From assembly GCA_973895155.1 (NCBI GenBank), contig OZ316892.1:6059978-6123977 (forward strand): DNA of 64,000 nucleotides, given 5' to 3'. The notes under the pieces were generated by a model. It was not told the DNA's origin. It saw only the letters and a list, made by a program, of their open reading frames with translations, and ran no database searches. Below, one piece after another: positions 14,084 to 27,300 of this stretch. The stretch comes from Marsupella aquatica (taxonomy: Eukaryota; Plantae; Marchantiophyta). Position numbers and translations under genes: made by a program. The stretch's first letter is position 1. The number at the start of each line of letters is the position of its first letter.

Positions 14084-17000
14084 CTACTGTAGATAGTTTT
14101 TAACAGTCGTTGGGAAATCTGTGATAATACCGTCAATTCCATCATTCATCAAAGAGTAGAGCTCCAAAGTGGCATCTGCATGCCCGAAAGTCAAAAGCAA
14201 CTGCAACGAATTGGTTTTCCTGGACCTCAAAGAAAGTCGTCAAGTTCTGCTCATGCGCCAACGCAATCACATCTGTCGGAGGACTGCTCAGGAAATCGTT
14301 CGAGTTCATTGATTCCACCAGTCTCCCGCTGAAACTTACCGAAGACGCGTACTTCTTAATTTCCACAAAATCGCTCGCATTCAATGAGATGGGATTGAGG
14401 TTGTCATATAAAATTTCGTACATGAGGGCATAGGGGACATTCAATTCACGAAGTCGGGCAAGAGCAGAGCTGTCCTCAAACTGCAGAATCGCTTTACTTG
14501 CGCTGTTATACCCACCTGCAGAAAGAGCACCCGCTACCGCATCGACAACAGCCAAATTGTGCGCATCTCTGATGTACACAGCATTCTGCACACAGTACGA
14601 GGTCGTCAACGTATGGAGATAAACGTGTATGTTGTACTGAATTCACATCTGTCATCCTACTAAGGAATGCATAGTCAGATACTAGCAATCATTGTAGTTG
14701 AGGGATTATCAGTACTAACTATGATGTCCACTTCTTCTTTCAACGCTACTCCACACTTTGTCCCAATTGATGGTGCTTGGAAATGTTGACAGCCCTTCAG
14801 AGCATAGAGATTTGAAGTGCAGGAGGTTCGCCCCCAATCACGAGAGTAACAAGATTCAGTTGGTCCTTTTTACTACTATGTGGTAGTCAGATTTGATCTT
14901 TCACTGAGGTCCCAAATTCAGAGGCCCTAGCCCTGTCCTGCATTTGTACCCAACAAACCAAATGCTCATAGTTCAATTCATCATTAAACCTCGGTTTAGG
15001 TTTTTGCTCGACGAGTTCATTCTAGCCTTCATAGAGATCACATTCTTGACCAGATTCAATCCATACTTGCCGTTGCTCACATATAGTACTGTTTATGCTT
15101 TTCCATGGTCCCGCAGAGCACGTACCTGAATGCCAATCAGAACACCCATTGAATTGTTGTTTGCTATGTTCAAAAACTCCGCTAACGTAATGATACTAAA
15201 TTCACCATCATAATTTTTGTCCCGCTCCATTCCCAGTTCCGGATTGTACATTATCGCTGCGCACAGGACAGAAATGAATTCAGTTCTTCTGTTGTGCCGC
15301 ACAATATCGGTACCTCCGCTAGATGGTTAACAAGAGGGGGAAATGTGAGAATAACTCTAGGAATTCATTGTAGAGAACAATCAAGGATATGTCCCTTCGA
15401 CAAGCTTGAGGTGCAAATTGTATTTATCAAGTAGAATTTTGACATCTTGACGTGCGCCCTGGCTACGCCTTCTGTTTACATCCTGCATCCAGAAAATGAA
15501 TCCACAAAACCATGAAGCGTCGACGGTATCTCACCTCTCAAAGTATTTATTTGGTCCCAGGTGAGATCAAAAACGCTGTTATTGCCACCATAGAAGCTAG
15601 GATACGATTTTAAATATTGCTGGAAAAAAGCAAAGGTAGACACGTCTGTGGGAACAATCAGATCAACTGTGGGTCGGCAGAACGGTATGTCATCTTTCGA
15701 GATTTGGACAATGCAGTTAATGTAGTCAACCATCGCATTAATGGCACTGTAGTATGCAGGAGTGGTGGCACCTGGAAATTGTCCACTGTTCCCATTATGG
15801 GAGATCAATGTCGGCTTGTGGAGAATGGTTTCTGCAGGATTGACATTTAAGCCCATCAAATAGACAGATACTAACTTCAATCAGGATGCTATCATCTAAG
15901 ATACTTCATGCTCTAAGTAGAAATCAAGAAAACGCTCGAATCTGACAACATTTGTTCCTTTCACGATACTATAGATAGTTGCTGCACTTCGACATCCATG
16001 CATCCAATGTACATCTTATTTTAAAGTTAACCCAGTTACATGTGCATCGTCCATGTGTCGCTCCGAAATCACCTGCAATAGCGGTTTCCCCATGCACTTA
16101 TCTAAGCTATCATTCCACAAACTATCCACAACCTATCGGCCGTCGTCCCTTTGATATCACCCTGTACTGCAACTTACGTTTGTTTTGAAGAGAACTGTTC
16201 CGTGAATTCGAGGCATAACATCCTACAGTTCATACGCAAATTCCACACATTAGAACTAGTCATTTGTCAATTGTTCATCCAATATGTTCAAAAAGAACAC
16301 AAGACTAACAATTCAGAAATCCACTTTTACTCAACGCTTGCACTCATCCGGCAGGCTCAGTATGACTCCAACTTCCAGACAACTGAGATTTGACTTTCTA
16401 AAGAAGTAGCAGCATTAGTAGACAAATACTTACTTATGGCTTCGGATGCTGTTATTGAGAAGGCTGTGAAAAAACCATCCACTGAGAAATTATCCGTTTC
16501 GGTGTAGTATTTCAGTAATGGGGTCAAAAGTGTAATTGTAACTGTTTGGATACTGGTCATTCGCAAAATCATAAGCCTAAACTTCAAGTCCAACCTTGTG
16601 AGCATCTCCAACAAGAGTGGAAGGTGCCGGGAGATACTTGGTCTTTGGGTCAAAGGACCAAATGTATGATTGATAAGTATGATTGGTAGACGCGTCTGCC
16701 GTTTGATTGGCCAGGAACTTGTAGATGACCTTAGTGTGAGAGGCAAATCCAGAGTCCTCGACTGTTTCTAGTAGGCCGATCTCCGGAACCGAAACATATC
16801 CTGGGAAAAAAATGTCGGATTAAGTCTAACAAGTAAGAAGTTGCATTCAATTTGCTGTTAACCTCAATAAATCGCGTATACTGACAAAAAAACAGAGCAA
16901 ATAGGCCCCGTCTTAATCGTAATTAATTGTCTTGATCTGCTGGGATGAGACTTCTAGCATGTGCTACTTGCATCTCAGTTCCCTAGGATGAGATACTGCC

Positions 17001-18381
17001 GTGGTTGCGATAGCTAACGGACGAGATGGTCAAACGAGGTAATGCTTGAGACCGGAGGAGCCAAAAGAGAGTTGTGTTGCATATATAGCAAGGAATTTGA
17101 TTTGATAACGATAAAGCTGGGCAAAGGGCGAAAGCCCAAAACAGAAATTCAGCTGAGGGATGCATTTGCATGAGAAACTAAGGGACGATTCGAACATTGA
17201 ACGCATCAGTTTGGAGTACAAAATTTACACTGTAATAAGGACTGGCTCTATTCATCGAAAAATGTCTGCAAAAGCCTTAGAGCCATAGACGCACTCACAG
17301 TAGAGACAGAACAGGTGCAATACCTCACTCTTAACCCACCACGTGCTGGTTTGGGGCTGAGATGACATGCTCACGAGATACGGCAGTCGCCTACTATCTA
17401 TTATATTATAGCCCCCGTCATATGCCGAAGTTCTTCTGAAGTTGCTTTGAGTTGCTGGGACACGAGCACCATCAAGAGGGCCGGAAAGACATCAGAAGCA
17501 GAGCTACTAGGCGAACTTGGTCTGGAAGGTAATCAACTTTCCAACAACCAAAGAAAGATTGAAACCCTGGTCACTTCTTGATTAAGCAGAGATGGCCATA
17601 TTACACAGTGCACACAAGTGGGCATCAGCACAACTAGAACGTAACCCACATTGACCCTGATATGGTTTGAAGTATTGAATTACACACCACAAGGACTAGA
17701 AAGATCCAAAGAACGGCTACTGAAAAGGAAATCACCCGGTCACTCACCGAAATTAAGTGTAGTAAGGTTCTCATACAGAATGTCGATAGCAAACCAGCCA
17801 AGTATATTTTCCCATTAATGGTACGCGTGTTGTTGAGGTGCGGGGCAGTACACCAAATATTGGTTGAGTCGGCCAGATTAAGGCCTGTCCTACAAATCCC
17901 AAGCCCCATTGAGGCGAAGGAAGGGATTAAAGTAGGGGCCATCTGCAAATCGCAAGAGATGACAACTCCAGGTAAACTGTTATTCAGAGCATCAAGGTAT
18001 GCTGGATCAGTTTGGTCAGGATATAGCCCAGAATTTCCACCATTGGCAATGACAACTGGAGCCTGGCCTGTATGAGGGAAGGCGAGATATTAGATTCAAT
18101 CTTAGATGGCTTATAAGCAGTCAAATCACTCCCAAGCCTCTACTAGACGAGCTCCAAATCGCTTTACAACCACGAAGCGCCCACTTGCCAGGTCAATGCA
18201 ATAAGATGAATCAGAGAAGTAAAGAAGATCGAGATTATGCCAGAGCAGAGAGGAGAGGAGCTAAAGGCCACTTGCCACTCAGAGTTTGCCATTTGGCTGT
18301 GGTCGGAGTTGGATGCCACAGAAGCAGAGGCAGTAGTAGCAGCAGTAGTTGTAGCAGGTTGGCAGGAGTGAGTGGAGCCAT
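14084..18381 (-). pseudogene. GDPDL/SHV3-like glycerophosphodiester phosphodiesterase-like gene, disabled
   Basis: Signal peptide then KWQTLSG|QAPVVIANGGNSGLYPD (exons 18381-18276 and 18067-17748). Also second-domain LISHNGNSGQFPG, FSVDGFFT and DGIITDFPT motifs. Lesions: frameshift just before GWFAID (~17800), in-frame TAG in LEV*AYDFAND (16579-16577), frameshift near 16510, and a 4-bp TGCA insertion at 14177-14180. Confidence 0.85.
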
Positions 18382-19939
18382 AACATCCTGCTGCAACACC
18401 TCAATATCCAGGTTCTCTTCTCGTTGTGGAACTCCCACAATCAAAGCGCTGAACTGTACTGTTGCGATATAAATTCCATTACCTTCTGGGGCAACAATGC
18501 ACAATGCCACCGTTCCGGCCGGTTGTGAGACCTTTTTGGTAAGAGAATAAACGAGGAGGGTACAATGTGTGCAGAAGGACGGCAAATCCGTTACCCCAAT
18601 TTGATCTTGACCCTTCGACAGATTCTATATTTCGAACAACAGAAAGGTGTAACTACTGTGCTCTAACGTATTGTAATATATTTGCTATCCGTCTGCACTT
18701 TCTCCCAGAATGTGGTGTTCTCCGCTGGAACGGATTCGAAGATCCCGACTGCTTCCCAGAGCTCTCGTCAAACGGATAACATTCGTTCCACTTGGACCGA
18801 GTTGGAGCATCACCAACAGCCACGAAAGGACAAAACAATTTGAGTTTGCTGTTGACCATGAAGGACATTATGTGCCGTCTACAAAACTGTGTATACAAGC
18901 AATAGTTTTATATTTTTATGAAGGCATAAAGTGTTTCGAGCGGCCTTGGGCATGATTACGTTCATTGCATCGTCTAGCTCTACTTTATTAATATACGGAA
19001 CAAGGGGAAATTGAAGGAGTAGGAGTGAGAGAGATTTCTTTCCCAGCAGTTTAATCGACGAAGCGGAATTCCATGTATGGCGGATAGCGCGTGAGATAAG
19101 TGAAGGTTGTTTTGTGTCAAACATCCCGTACATGGAAAACCCTCCATCCCAAAAAATTATTCGAGTACAATTCTGACTCCTGACTAAAATTGCGAGCTTC
19201 TAATTCTCAGACGCCCCTACAATTTTGACCGCAATATCGGTGGGTTCGTTTTGTGCTGATGGTTTGAACGAATTTCTAATCCTGTCTTTTGTGCTGTCCG
19301 TGTTATTTCCTATATTAATTTGCAAGATTCAGGTGATCGATATCCCTTTAGTTAATAATGTGCTGCTTCAGTGTACTCCCGGCACTCTCTTGACATACTG
19401 ATGACTTCAATTACCACGATCGATATATTCATGTACATCTAGCTGAGCAGTGTCACTATGTGCATTAAATATGAGCAGGATTTAACAACTATTTCCTGGG
19501 CCTAGTGTCTAGGGCAAAGCCTCTAGATCATAATTCTAAATATAAATTAAGTACTTGCTAAGAGAAGCTAGAATTGGGTTCTAGAATGGGCTCACCAAAA
19601 TTTATGTGTATTGGAAAAACCATGGGATATTGTCTTTGTCAAAATGATGATCATGCATGATAATTTTTGTCATCAGTTTTATTAACATTCAAACAATGGG
19701 CATTTAGGCTCCTCCTGCACAGCAATCTGCTAGCCTTGGCTGCTCAAACATTCCATTGGAATCGAATGGAGGACTGTGCATCTTGGGAGAAACATATGGG
19801 TATGCCTTCACCAAGAGGGGGTGCCATCTTCATGGTGAACTGTAGGACAAAGGACACAAAAAACTCGACTGTGTTGCTACAAGTAAGTGTGTTGTGCAGA
19901 AATTGTATGATTGGGAGTGGCACACTGCCTTGTACTAGC

Positions 19940-20300
19940 AAAGATGGCAGACTCGACAAGAGGCAACAATTTCTCATCTGCAGAGTTGAAGAAGTTGGTT
20001 TGTTCATGGATGCACATCTTGCGTGAACCCATCATCAAATTTGGGCAAAAGAATGAAGCTACTTGGGATCCAACAACAATACACTACAACAACACTCAAC
20101 CAACTTAAGGACACACGGATTGCAAAGAAGAACTGGCCCAGGGAACTGGCGATCTTTGGAGAGCAAGTGGAGAAACTTGAAATACAATGTTACCAAGCTT
20201 TTTTACTCTCATCATGCATTCTAGTGAGAACGTGGAAGACACTATGGCCAGGGCAAAGGAGTTGTATGTGAAAAAGTAGCGAACAAATAAGACATTAGTC
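19940..20300 (+). mobile_element. Decayed PIF/Harbinger-type ORF1 (Myb/SANT, NAM-associated-like) fragment
   Basis: Broken frames give RGNNFSSAELKKLVCSWMHILREPIIKFGQKNEATW ... SENVEDTMARAKELY, resembling the recalled RGxNFSxxEDxxLVxAWLxxSxDPIxGxxQ...W and AKELY pattern. Stops and frameshifts present. Confidence 0.55.
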
Positions 20301-20689
20301 ACATTGGTCACCTAAATATCGAGAATTGGTTCTATTATAGATAACAAGCCCCTTGCCAATGCGTTGTACAATTATCATTTCAGTCATTTCATTGCTGCAA
20401 TCAAGTTACCATTGTGGCTTTTTATTCTTGCAGCCATGATTGTATCGTTGATCAATGATATTGTTGCAATTCTTTTTTTATGATATGTCCAAATGATTTT
20501 AAATGTAATGTTGAGCCTACTTAAATTTTTATTTTAGACCCACTTACCCGTGATAGCCACATGTCAACTCACCGCTCAATTTCAAATGACCTTGAGATTG
20601 AATTTTATGGATTTGAGTGTGTGAGTCTACTCTAGGTGTGGGTGGAGAATCCCCAAGTTAGGATTTGCTGTTTATTATGCTTTTCACCA

Positions 20690-21400
20690 GATCTTATGGC
20701 CAGGAATACCAAGAGGGGGCCCAAAAGGTCTTCTCATTCTATACAATGCACAATGGCAAAAAGAGGTCCACCCAAAGTGTCACCCTGACAAGTCTCTCCT
20801 GCAGAAAAATTTGGTATACTCTCTTGTAGGGGCGCAATGGCTGTATAAGAAGGTTCTCCAAACCATAAAAACGTAACCACCACATGGGATAAGTGAGTGC
20901 CTGGACGTCAAGATCGGTTGCCCTCAAAGCACAAAACATGGCTTCTTGTGATAATGTTTTGAAAGCATTAGACATTTACCTGGAGGACGACCAATCAAGG
21001 TGGAGATCCAGGGTTGCAAATAACCACAATGACCGTCTCACAACCTCCAAGAACGCCAACTGCAAACTAATGCGGAACCATACTATGGCGACTGTGCGAG
21101 ATACAAGACGAATAAAATTTCTCCAATTTATAGCAATTGAGCAAACTCCTGTGGAATTTTAGCCATGGCTATCAACAAGATGCGCCCAAAATTTAAGAGA
21201 CTAGAGTAGACACATGCCCCGCTACAATACACTTACGGAAATAAAAATTGGAAAACCTAACAAAGGATCCTCAAGTGGGTCCTGGACTGTATCATGAAAA
21301 TGCTCATAGACATAGCTAGATGGGCCCCTGGCTAGCCAAACAATGAGGAGCATGGAGTAAGACAGAGGTGACATGATCCCTACTAGACCCAATACTTGAC
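20690..21400 (-). mobile_element. Decayed reverse transcriptase of a CRE/R2-group (RLE-type) non-LTR retrotransposon
   Basis: Pieces in the expected order across shifting frames: GPSSYVYEHFHD, ILGAS, H*FAVGVLGGCETV, VVLQVNV/SNAFKTLS, TCQGDTLGGPLFAIVH. Confidence 0.7.
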
Positions 21401-21972
21401 TGTGTGACACAAAACAATCCACAACAATCCAAACAAAGAATTGGGCACTACAAGAAATCCCTAGAGAAATCTAATCCTTGAAGTATAACTTTGATGACAC
21501 TTGACATTGGAGCCGAGCTTTATATCTATCTTACTTGCCTTGACAAAAGCTTTCCAAGGTAGTTGAAAAATACAGAATCTGCTAACCATCAATGAAGATA
21601 TGACCCAAAACAATCCCCAGAAATTCAAATAAAGAATTGGCCACTATAAGAAACATTTTCCAAACAAAACTTTGGCAATACTTGACCATTTGAGCCACAC
21701 TTTACATCAATCTTACTTGCCTTAACGAGAGCTTTCCATAACAGCCGGAAAAACCAGAATCTGTTAAGTACTGACACAGATACTACCCAAACATTCTGTA
21801 ATGGAACAAAGAAACCGTTGTTGCAAACTTCTTCCAAACTTTTAGAAGGTTAGCTAAACCTCAATGGCATGAGCTGGTAACTTAAGAGTGGGTGAAGGTT
21901 TCTTAGTGAATTATTGATTGATATATTTAAATGAATTCCATTCGGATTTTTTTTAATTTACATGGCGGTCTA

Positions 21973-22303
21973 CTGTCTTCCTCAGAACACAGTGCCCGAG
22001 CGTTGTGTTCAAATATTGGCGTTGTGTTTGAGTTGGACAATGTGTTTGAGATTTGACCCTGAACTATTCTACATTGAGCACAAAAAGTAAAAAATTCAAG
22101 AATTATATTCTAATTCAATATTCAAACACAATGCCCATTTTCAAAGACAGTGCCCATTTTCAAACACAGTGCCCTGAAAATACAAAAATGAAAACACATA
22201 GTCAAAACTTGAATACAATGCCCCAGGTGCATTATTTGAATAGAGTGCCCCATGGCCCAATATTCGAATACAAGGCCATGGCGTTGTGTTTGGGGGAAGA
22301 CGG
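21973..22303. mobile_element. Tc1/mariner-like MITE, copy 1
   Basis: TA|CTGTCTTCCTCAGAACAC ... GTGTTTGGGGGAAGACGG|TA: imperfect TIRs, TA on both sides (21971-72 and 22304-05), non-coding interior with repeated tcaaacacaa motifs. Confidence 0.8.
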
Positions 22304-22842
22304 TAGCCTCCAAATATTTGTAGGGTCCTCTGGGAGCCCGTCTGGGAGTAGCCTATAAAGCTTGTTTACTTATTTTAGTACATTCTTTCACTTGTTCTTT
22401 TGGAACTAAGGAACATTCAAACCTATCCTAATAACAAAAAAACCTGATTAAGTGATCCTACACTACGAGCTAAATTGTCAAAAGGTATGGGGCATATGTT
22501 ACTTTAGGTCCTTGAACCGGTAACCATCTGTTGGCTAACCTAGCCTCGTCCGTCCCTCGGGACCAACAAGGGATAGTAGAGGAATAGTTGTCTGTTGTCC
22601 ATTGATTAAGCCTTTCAGCCTGATCTTAGACCCTCACTGTCCCTCAATGGAAAACCTTGTAGAGGAACCCTTAGGTTTTGGGGGGCATTTATTAGGGGGT
22701 CTAAAACCTCAAAAGTTGATGGACCTTCACTTAGTAGTTAAGGTTATGGACAAAAGAATTATGAACTACCAACATTATGATCCCTAACTTTTTGCCATAA
22801 AGATTGGTCATATGCCATGACCATAAGTCATTGTAGACGCTA

Positions 22843-23302
22843 CTGTCTTCCCCCGAACACAACGCTCGGGTGTTGTGTTCAAAAATGTTATCTTTTAGCT
22901 AGGTCTCCATAAGAAAAAATATTTTTTTTCTTCAAACACAATGTCATTTTAACACAGTGCCCGGGCGTCGTGTTCGAATATTGGCGCTGTGACATTTGAG
23001 TTGGACACTGAGTTTAAGATTTGACCCTAAACTGTTCTGCATTGAGCACAACTAGTAAAAAATTCAAGAATCATATGCCAATGCCAATATTCAAACACAA
23101 TGTCAATATCTGAACACAACACCCATTTCAAACACAACGTCAATATCTGAACACAACACCCATTTCAAACACAACGCCCTGCAAATACAAAAAATGAAAA
23201 CACATCACCAAAACTCAAATACAACGGCCCGGGCGCACTATTTGAATAGAGCGCCCCATGGCCCACATACAAGGCCATGACGTTGTGCTCGGAAGAAGAC
23301 GG
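22843..23302. mobile_element. Tc1/mariner-like MITE, copy 2
   Basis: TA|CTGTCTTCCCCCGAACACAACGC ... GGAAGAAGACGG|TT. The interior is homologous to copy 1. It interrupts the repeat whose uninterrupted paralog is at 3036-3205. Confidence 0.8.
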
Positions 23303-23327
23303 TTGTGGGAAAAAATTACATAACCTT

Positions 23328-23650
23328 TGTGAAGAGACTCTTTCATTGAACCAACCGCATTCTGACTATGGCCGGCAGAATTATATTGCTGAAACATGTG
23401 CCCCGGGCCATCCCCACGTATCATCTGATGACTTTGGAACTTCAGCAAACTGGATACAAAGAGCTCCAGAAACTGTACAGACGGTTTTTCTGGGGATCCT
23501 CTTCCGCTAATGGCTACAAGAAAGCCTTGATCGCTTGGAAGGACATTACTGTCCCGAAATGGGTGGGAGGTCTGGGGATCCTCCCCTTTGCTGAACAGGC
23601 ACAAGCAGTGAAAATGAGACATCTCTTGTGGAGAGCCAAGGGTGAAGGCT
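23328..23650 (+). mobile_element. L1-like LINE ORF2 fragment (post-RT region)
   Basis: KRLFH*TNRILTMAGRIILLKHVPRAIPTYHLM...RRFFWG...KKALIAWKDITVPKWVGGLGI matches the plant LINE pattern GRxxLIKxVLxxIPxY...FLW...W..V..PK..GGLG. Confidence 0.85.
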
Positions 23651-23991
23651 GGATGAAAGCATTTCTTGCAATGACGCTAGGGTAAACCCAGGAAACTTTC
23701 CCCTAACTCTGCCTTGGCAATAAAACCATCTGTACACCTGTTTTCAACCTTGTCTGTTTTCAACACCTGTTTTCGACCTTGTCTATTTTCAACACCTGTT
23801 TTCAACTGTGCCTTTCCCTTTTTTGAACTGTGCCTTTCCCTTTTTTGAACTGTGCCTTTTGTCAAATGTGCCGTCGTGGCGAAGGTGGGATACTGATGGG
23901 AGGACGAGATACTGATTGGAGCAGATGCTGTTGTCAAACGATATCGATATCCGCTTTCCCCCGATCGTTTGGCGTGTGATGAGGGCCGCAT

Positions 23992-24228
23992 TGTTGGGCC
24001 TGCTACATTCCCCTACCACGGATGATACCCCCAATCAGGATTCTATATAATGGGCAATTGAGAAGTTTGTCTTCTGAATCTTCAGTCGGCCTGACTACTG
24101 AGAGAGAGTGTTGGGCCTGCTACATTCCCCTACCACCGATGATACCCCCAATCAGGATTCTATCGAATGGGCAATTGGGAAGTTTGTCATCTGAATCTTC
24201 ACTCGGCCTGACTGCTGAGAGAGAGGGA
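23992..24228 (+). promoter_or_regulatory. Tandem ~117-bp duplication in the DXS proximal upstream region containing CCAAT and TATA-like motifs
   Basis: Two units begin tgttgggcctgctacattcccctacc (~23992 and ~24109). Both contain ccccaatcagga. Unit 1 has tctatataat where unit 2 has tctatcgaat. Promoter role is inferred. Confidence 0.55.
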
Positions 24229-24360
24229 TAGACAGGAAGATACGACTTGGGTTGGGGTGGGAAGAATTTGAGCTCCTTCATCGCACTGGAAGAGAGAGGA
24301 CGAACTGTAGGGGGCTGAGGTGCATACGGGCGAGATCAGGAGGGAGCGACCGCTTAAGAA

Positions 24361-27300
24361 ATGGCGAGTGGAGTGGTGGCTACGACGGTAGGACTGCCGA
24401 TCAATGGCAGTGCTTCTGCAGCTGTACCATCGATGTCCGGAAAGACTAAGATTGGGAAAACGTTTGTGGGGCTCCGGAATGTGACAACGGAGGGTGGTCA
24501 TGGAAGGAAGAGGACTGTGTTCTCTGCGCCTGGTGTGGGTGGCTCACAGGTGAGCCTTTTCCCTGCTGGAATTGAAGTATCTATCTACAACGTTATACTA
24601 CTTAGATTTGATGGTTGAGGGGAAATCGGTTAACAGGCTAGGATATGACCTTCACGGGTGGTGACAGATGTTAACGAGAATAATGTTAGAAGAGCAGCGC
24701 GGCTGGTCAGAGATGTTAAAAAGGATGGTGTTAGCAGAGCAGCGTCCCTGTCGATTTTGTTTCTGTGAGACAATGTGTGAATTCGCTAGTGTAGCTTTTT
24801 AAGGGCGGCTTATAACTCTACGACTATTTGGTCTAATGTGATTCTTAGGCTCAAAAATCGTCTGCTGTCACGGCCTCCATCATGAAGGGTGATGGAGCTG
24901 AGTACTTCTCGGAGAAGCCGCCAACTCCACTTCTGGACACGATCAGCTATCCTATTCACATGAAAAATCTGTCCGTGAAGGTGAGTTTCTCTTATCGCAC
25001 TCATGAAGGCTTCTATCATCGCGTGTGTGGGAAGCGGTATAGCAATTCTTGCCTCCTCATCCTCTTTTAGTGGCAGGATTGAAGCTGAATTTTCGTTGCT
25101 ACTTTTGCGGTCTTCCTTCTAATCCCTCTGGCTGGAGTGGGGATTGTAGGAGCTGATGCAGTTGGCAGACGAACTCAGGGCGGAGACCATCTTTTCGGTG
25201 TCCAGTACCGGAGGTCATTTGGGATCCAGCCTTGGAGTTGTGGAGCTCACCGTTGCTCTCCATCATGTGTTTAACGCTCCAGCTGATAAGATTCTTTGGG
25301 ACGTAGGACATCAGGCAAGTCCATTTCCTCGAGTAGTGTACCGGTTGGGCATCCATACGAGCGATATATACCTTCGCAATCATGGTCGCTCCCGTTCTTT
25401 GTACGGCAGGTCTTAGCGGTGTCACTCCTTTGTGTCCGTCATTTGTAGGTTGTTCTAAAAAAAACACACCTCCATCCGTTGCAGAATACTAGTTTTGTGG
25501 CCACAGAAATTGAGGCGCACAAGTTTATGCAATTCGATGGGAGGTTTACCTATGCCAACGGTTTTGCCAGAAGCGGCTTGTAGAATACATGATGCATTCA
25601 TCTTCCTCTCTCATATCTATAGCTCACAGCTATAGTTTGTGTAGTCCTCGCTGCAATGTATGCCGTAATTGCAGTGTGGGTTGTGCCCTTTCGGAACCAG
25701 TAGGAATGAGGAGCCTAGATGGGGTTCGGTTTTGCCAGAAGCGGCTTGATTAATGCAAGATGCATTCATCTTCCTCTCCGATATCTATAGCTCAAATTTT
25801 GTGTAGTCTCCGCTGCAATGTATGCCGTAATTGCAGTGTGTTGTAGGTTGTGTCCTTTTGGAACCAGTAGCAAAGAGGAATCTAGATGGGCTTCCCTGGA
25901 TGTGGAAGAGGCCATAGCATTTTCGGACGACGGGGATCCCATGTTGAATCGGTGTATCCTCTGTGAGACACGGTGGCTTGACCTATCGAGTAAATTGAAT
26001 ATGTTTCCCTTCGTCGTCCAGATTTTGGTCCAACTTCGCTACTGAATTTTGAATGTATTTCCATGCAGACATACCCCCATAAGATCCTGACAGGGAGAAG
26101 AGGGAAAATGCACACTATCCGACAGACGAACGGTATTTCGGGTTTCACCAAACGCGCAGAGAGTGAATATGATGCTTTTGGTGCAGGCCACAGTTCCACA
26201 AGTATTTCGGCCGGCCTAGGTAAAATCAGTCTTAAAGCGTTATTTTAATTCTCGAGTCTTGTCTAAACTGGTTGTTTACTCCCCTACTACGTGTCCTTTG
26301 CCCGCCGCGAAAATTCTTTTACTTTGATAACGTAGTCATACTTGCAGCCCTAGCTGGCCGTGGCAAATCTTGTCGATTCAAATGACTTCCTATCATTTAC
26401 AATGCGTATTATTTCCAGAAGATCTCTACTGAACCCAGGTCATTTGCCTTCTGGTCATGAAGTTTTGGGTGAGCGTAATTCTCGTATCTCAGTGAGCTGC
26501 AATATTTTCCTCTCATGCTTTTCTGCTACTTACCAATTCTGGTGTGTCTCCGTTGGCCAGGTATGGCGGTCGGTCGGGATTTCCAAGGGAGAAACAACCA
26601 AGTAATTTCGGTTATTGGAGACGGAGCGATGACTGCAGGACAAGCATACGAGGCTATGAACAATGCGGGGTACTTGGACACTAACATGATTGTCATCCTC
26701 AACGACAACAAGCAGGTGTCTCTGCCAACAGCTACCCTGGACGGACCTGCTCCCCCAGTGGGAGCTCTCAGCAGTGCTCTTAGTCGGTTGCAGTCAAGCA
26801 GACCCCTTCGAGAACTTCGAGAGGTGGCTAAGGTAATTAGTTAGCCCATCAGAGCTCATCTCTAGTCATTGTTGCTAGATGTTTAAGGTGATCATATAGC
26901 TCCTCAGCTTGTGGCATTTACATAATGTTGTTTTTGTTCCTAATTATCTTTGTAACAATACGGTATTGTATGGAGAACAGTGTTGGCGAAGTAATCATCT
27001 AGCTCTTCAGAGCTTCTGATTTGAGCACAATCTTCTCGTTACAATAATTAGGGGACAAACTGTCCATTTTGAAGCTTGAAGTGTTAGACCTTGAATGAAG
27101 ATTTTGATCTTATGTTCGTGGCTCTGTGCATCGATGGATGATAACGACAGGGCGTCACGAAGCAAATCGGGGGACAAGCGCATGCTTTGGCTTCCAAAGT
27201 AGACGAGTATGCGCGAGGGATGATCAGTGGATCAGGCTCAACTCTCTTTGAAGAGCTCGGACTCTACTATATTGGTCCTGTTGATGGCCACAACATGGAC

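Noticed and set aside
18700-18870. VVFSAGTDSKI, a WD40-like fragment
   Set aside because: A single short motif with no further repeats.
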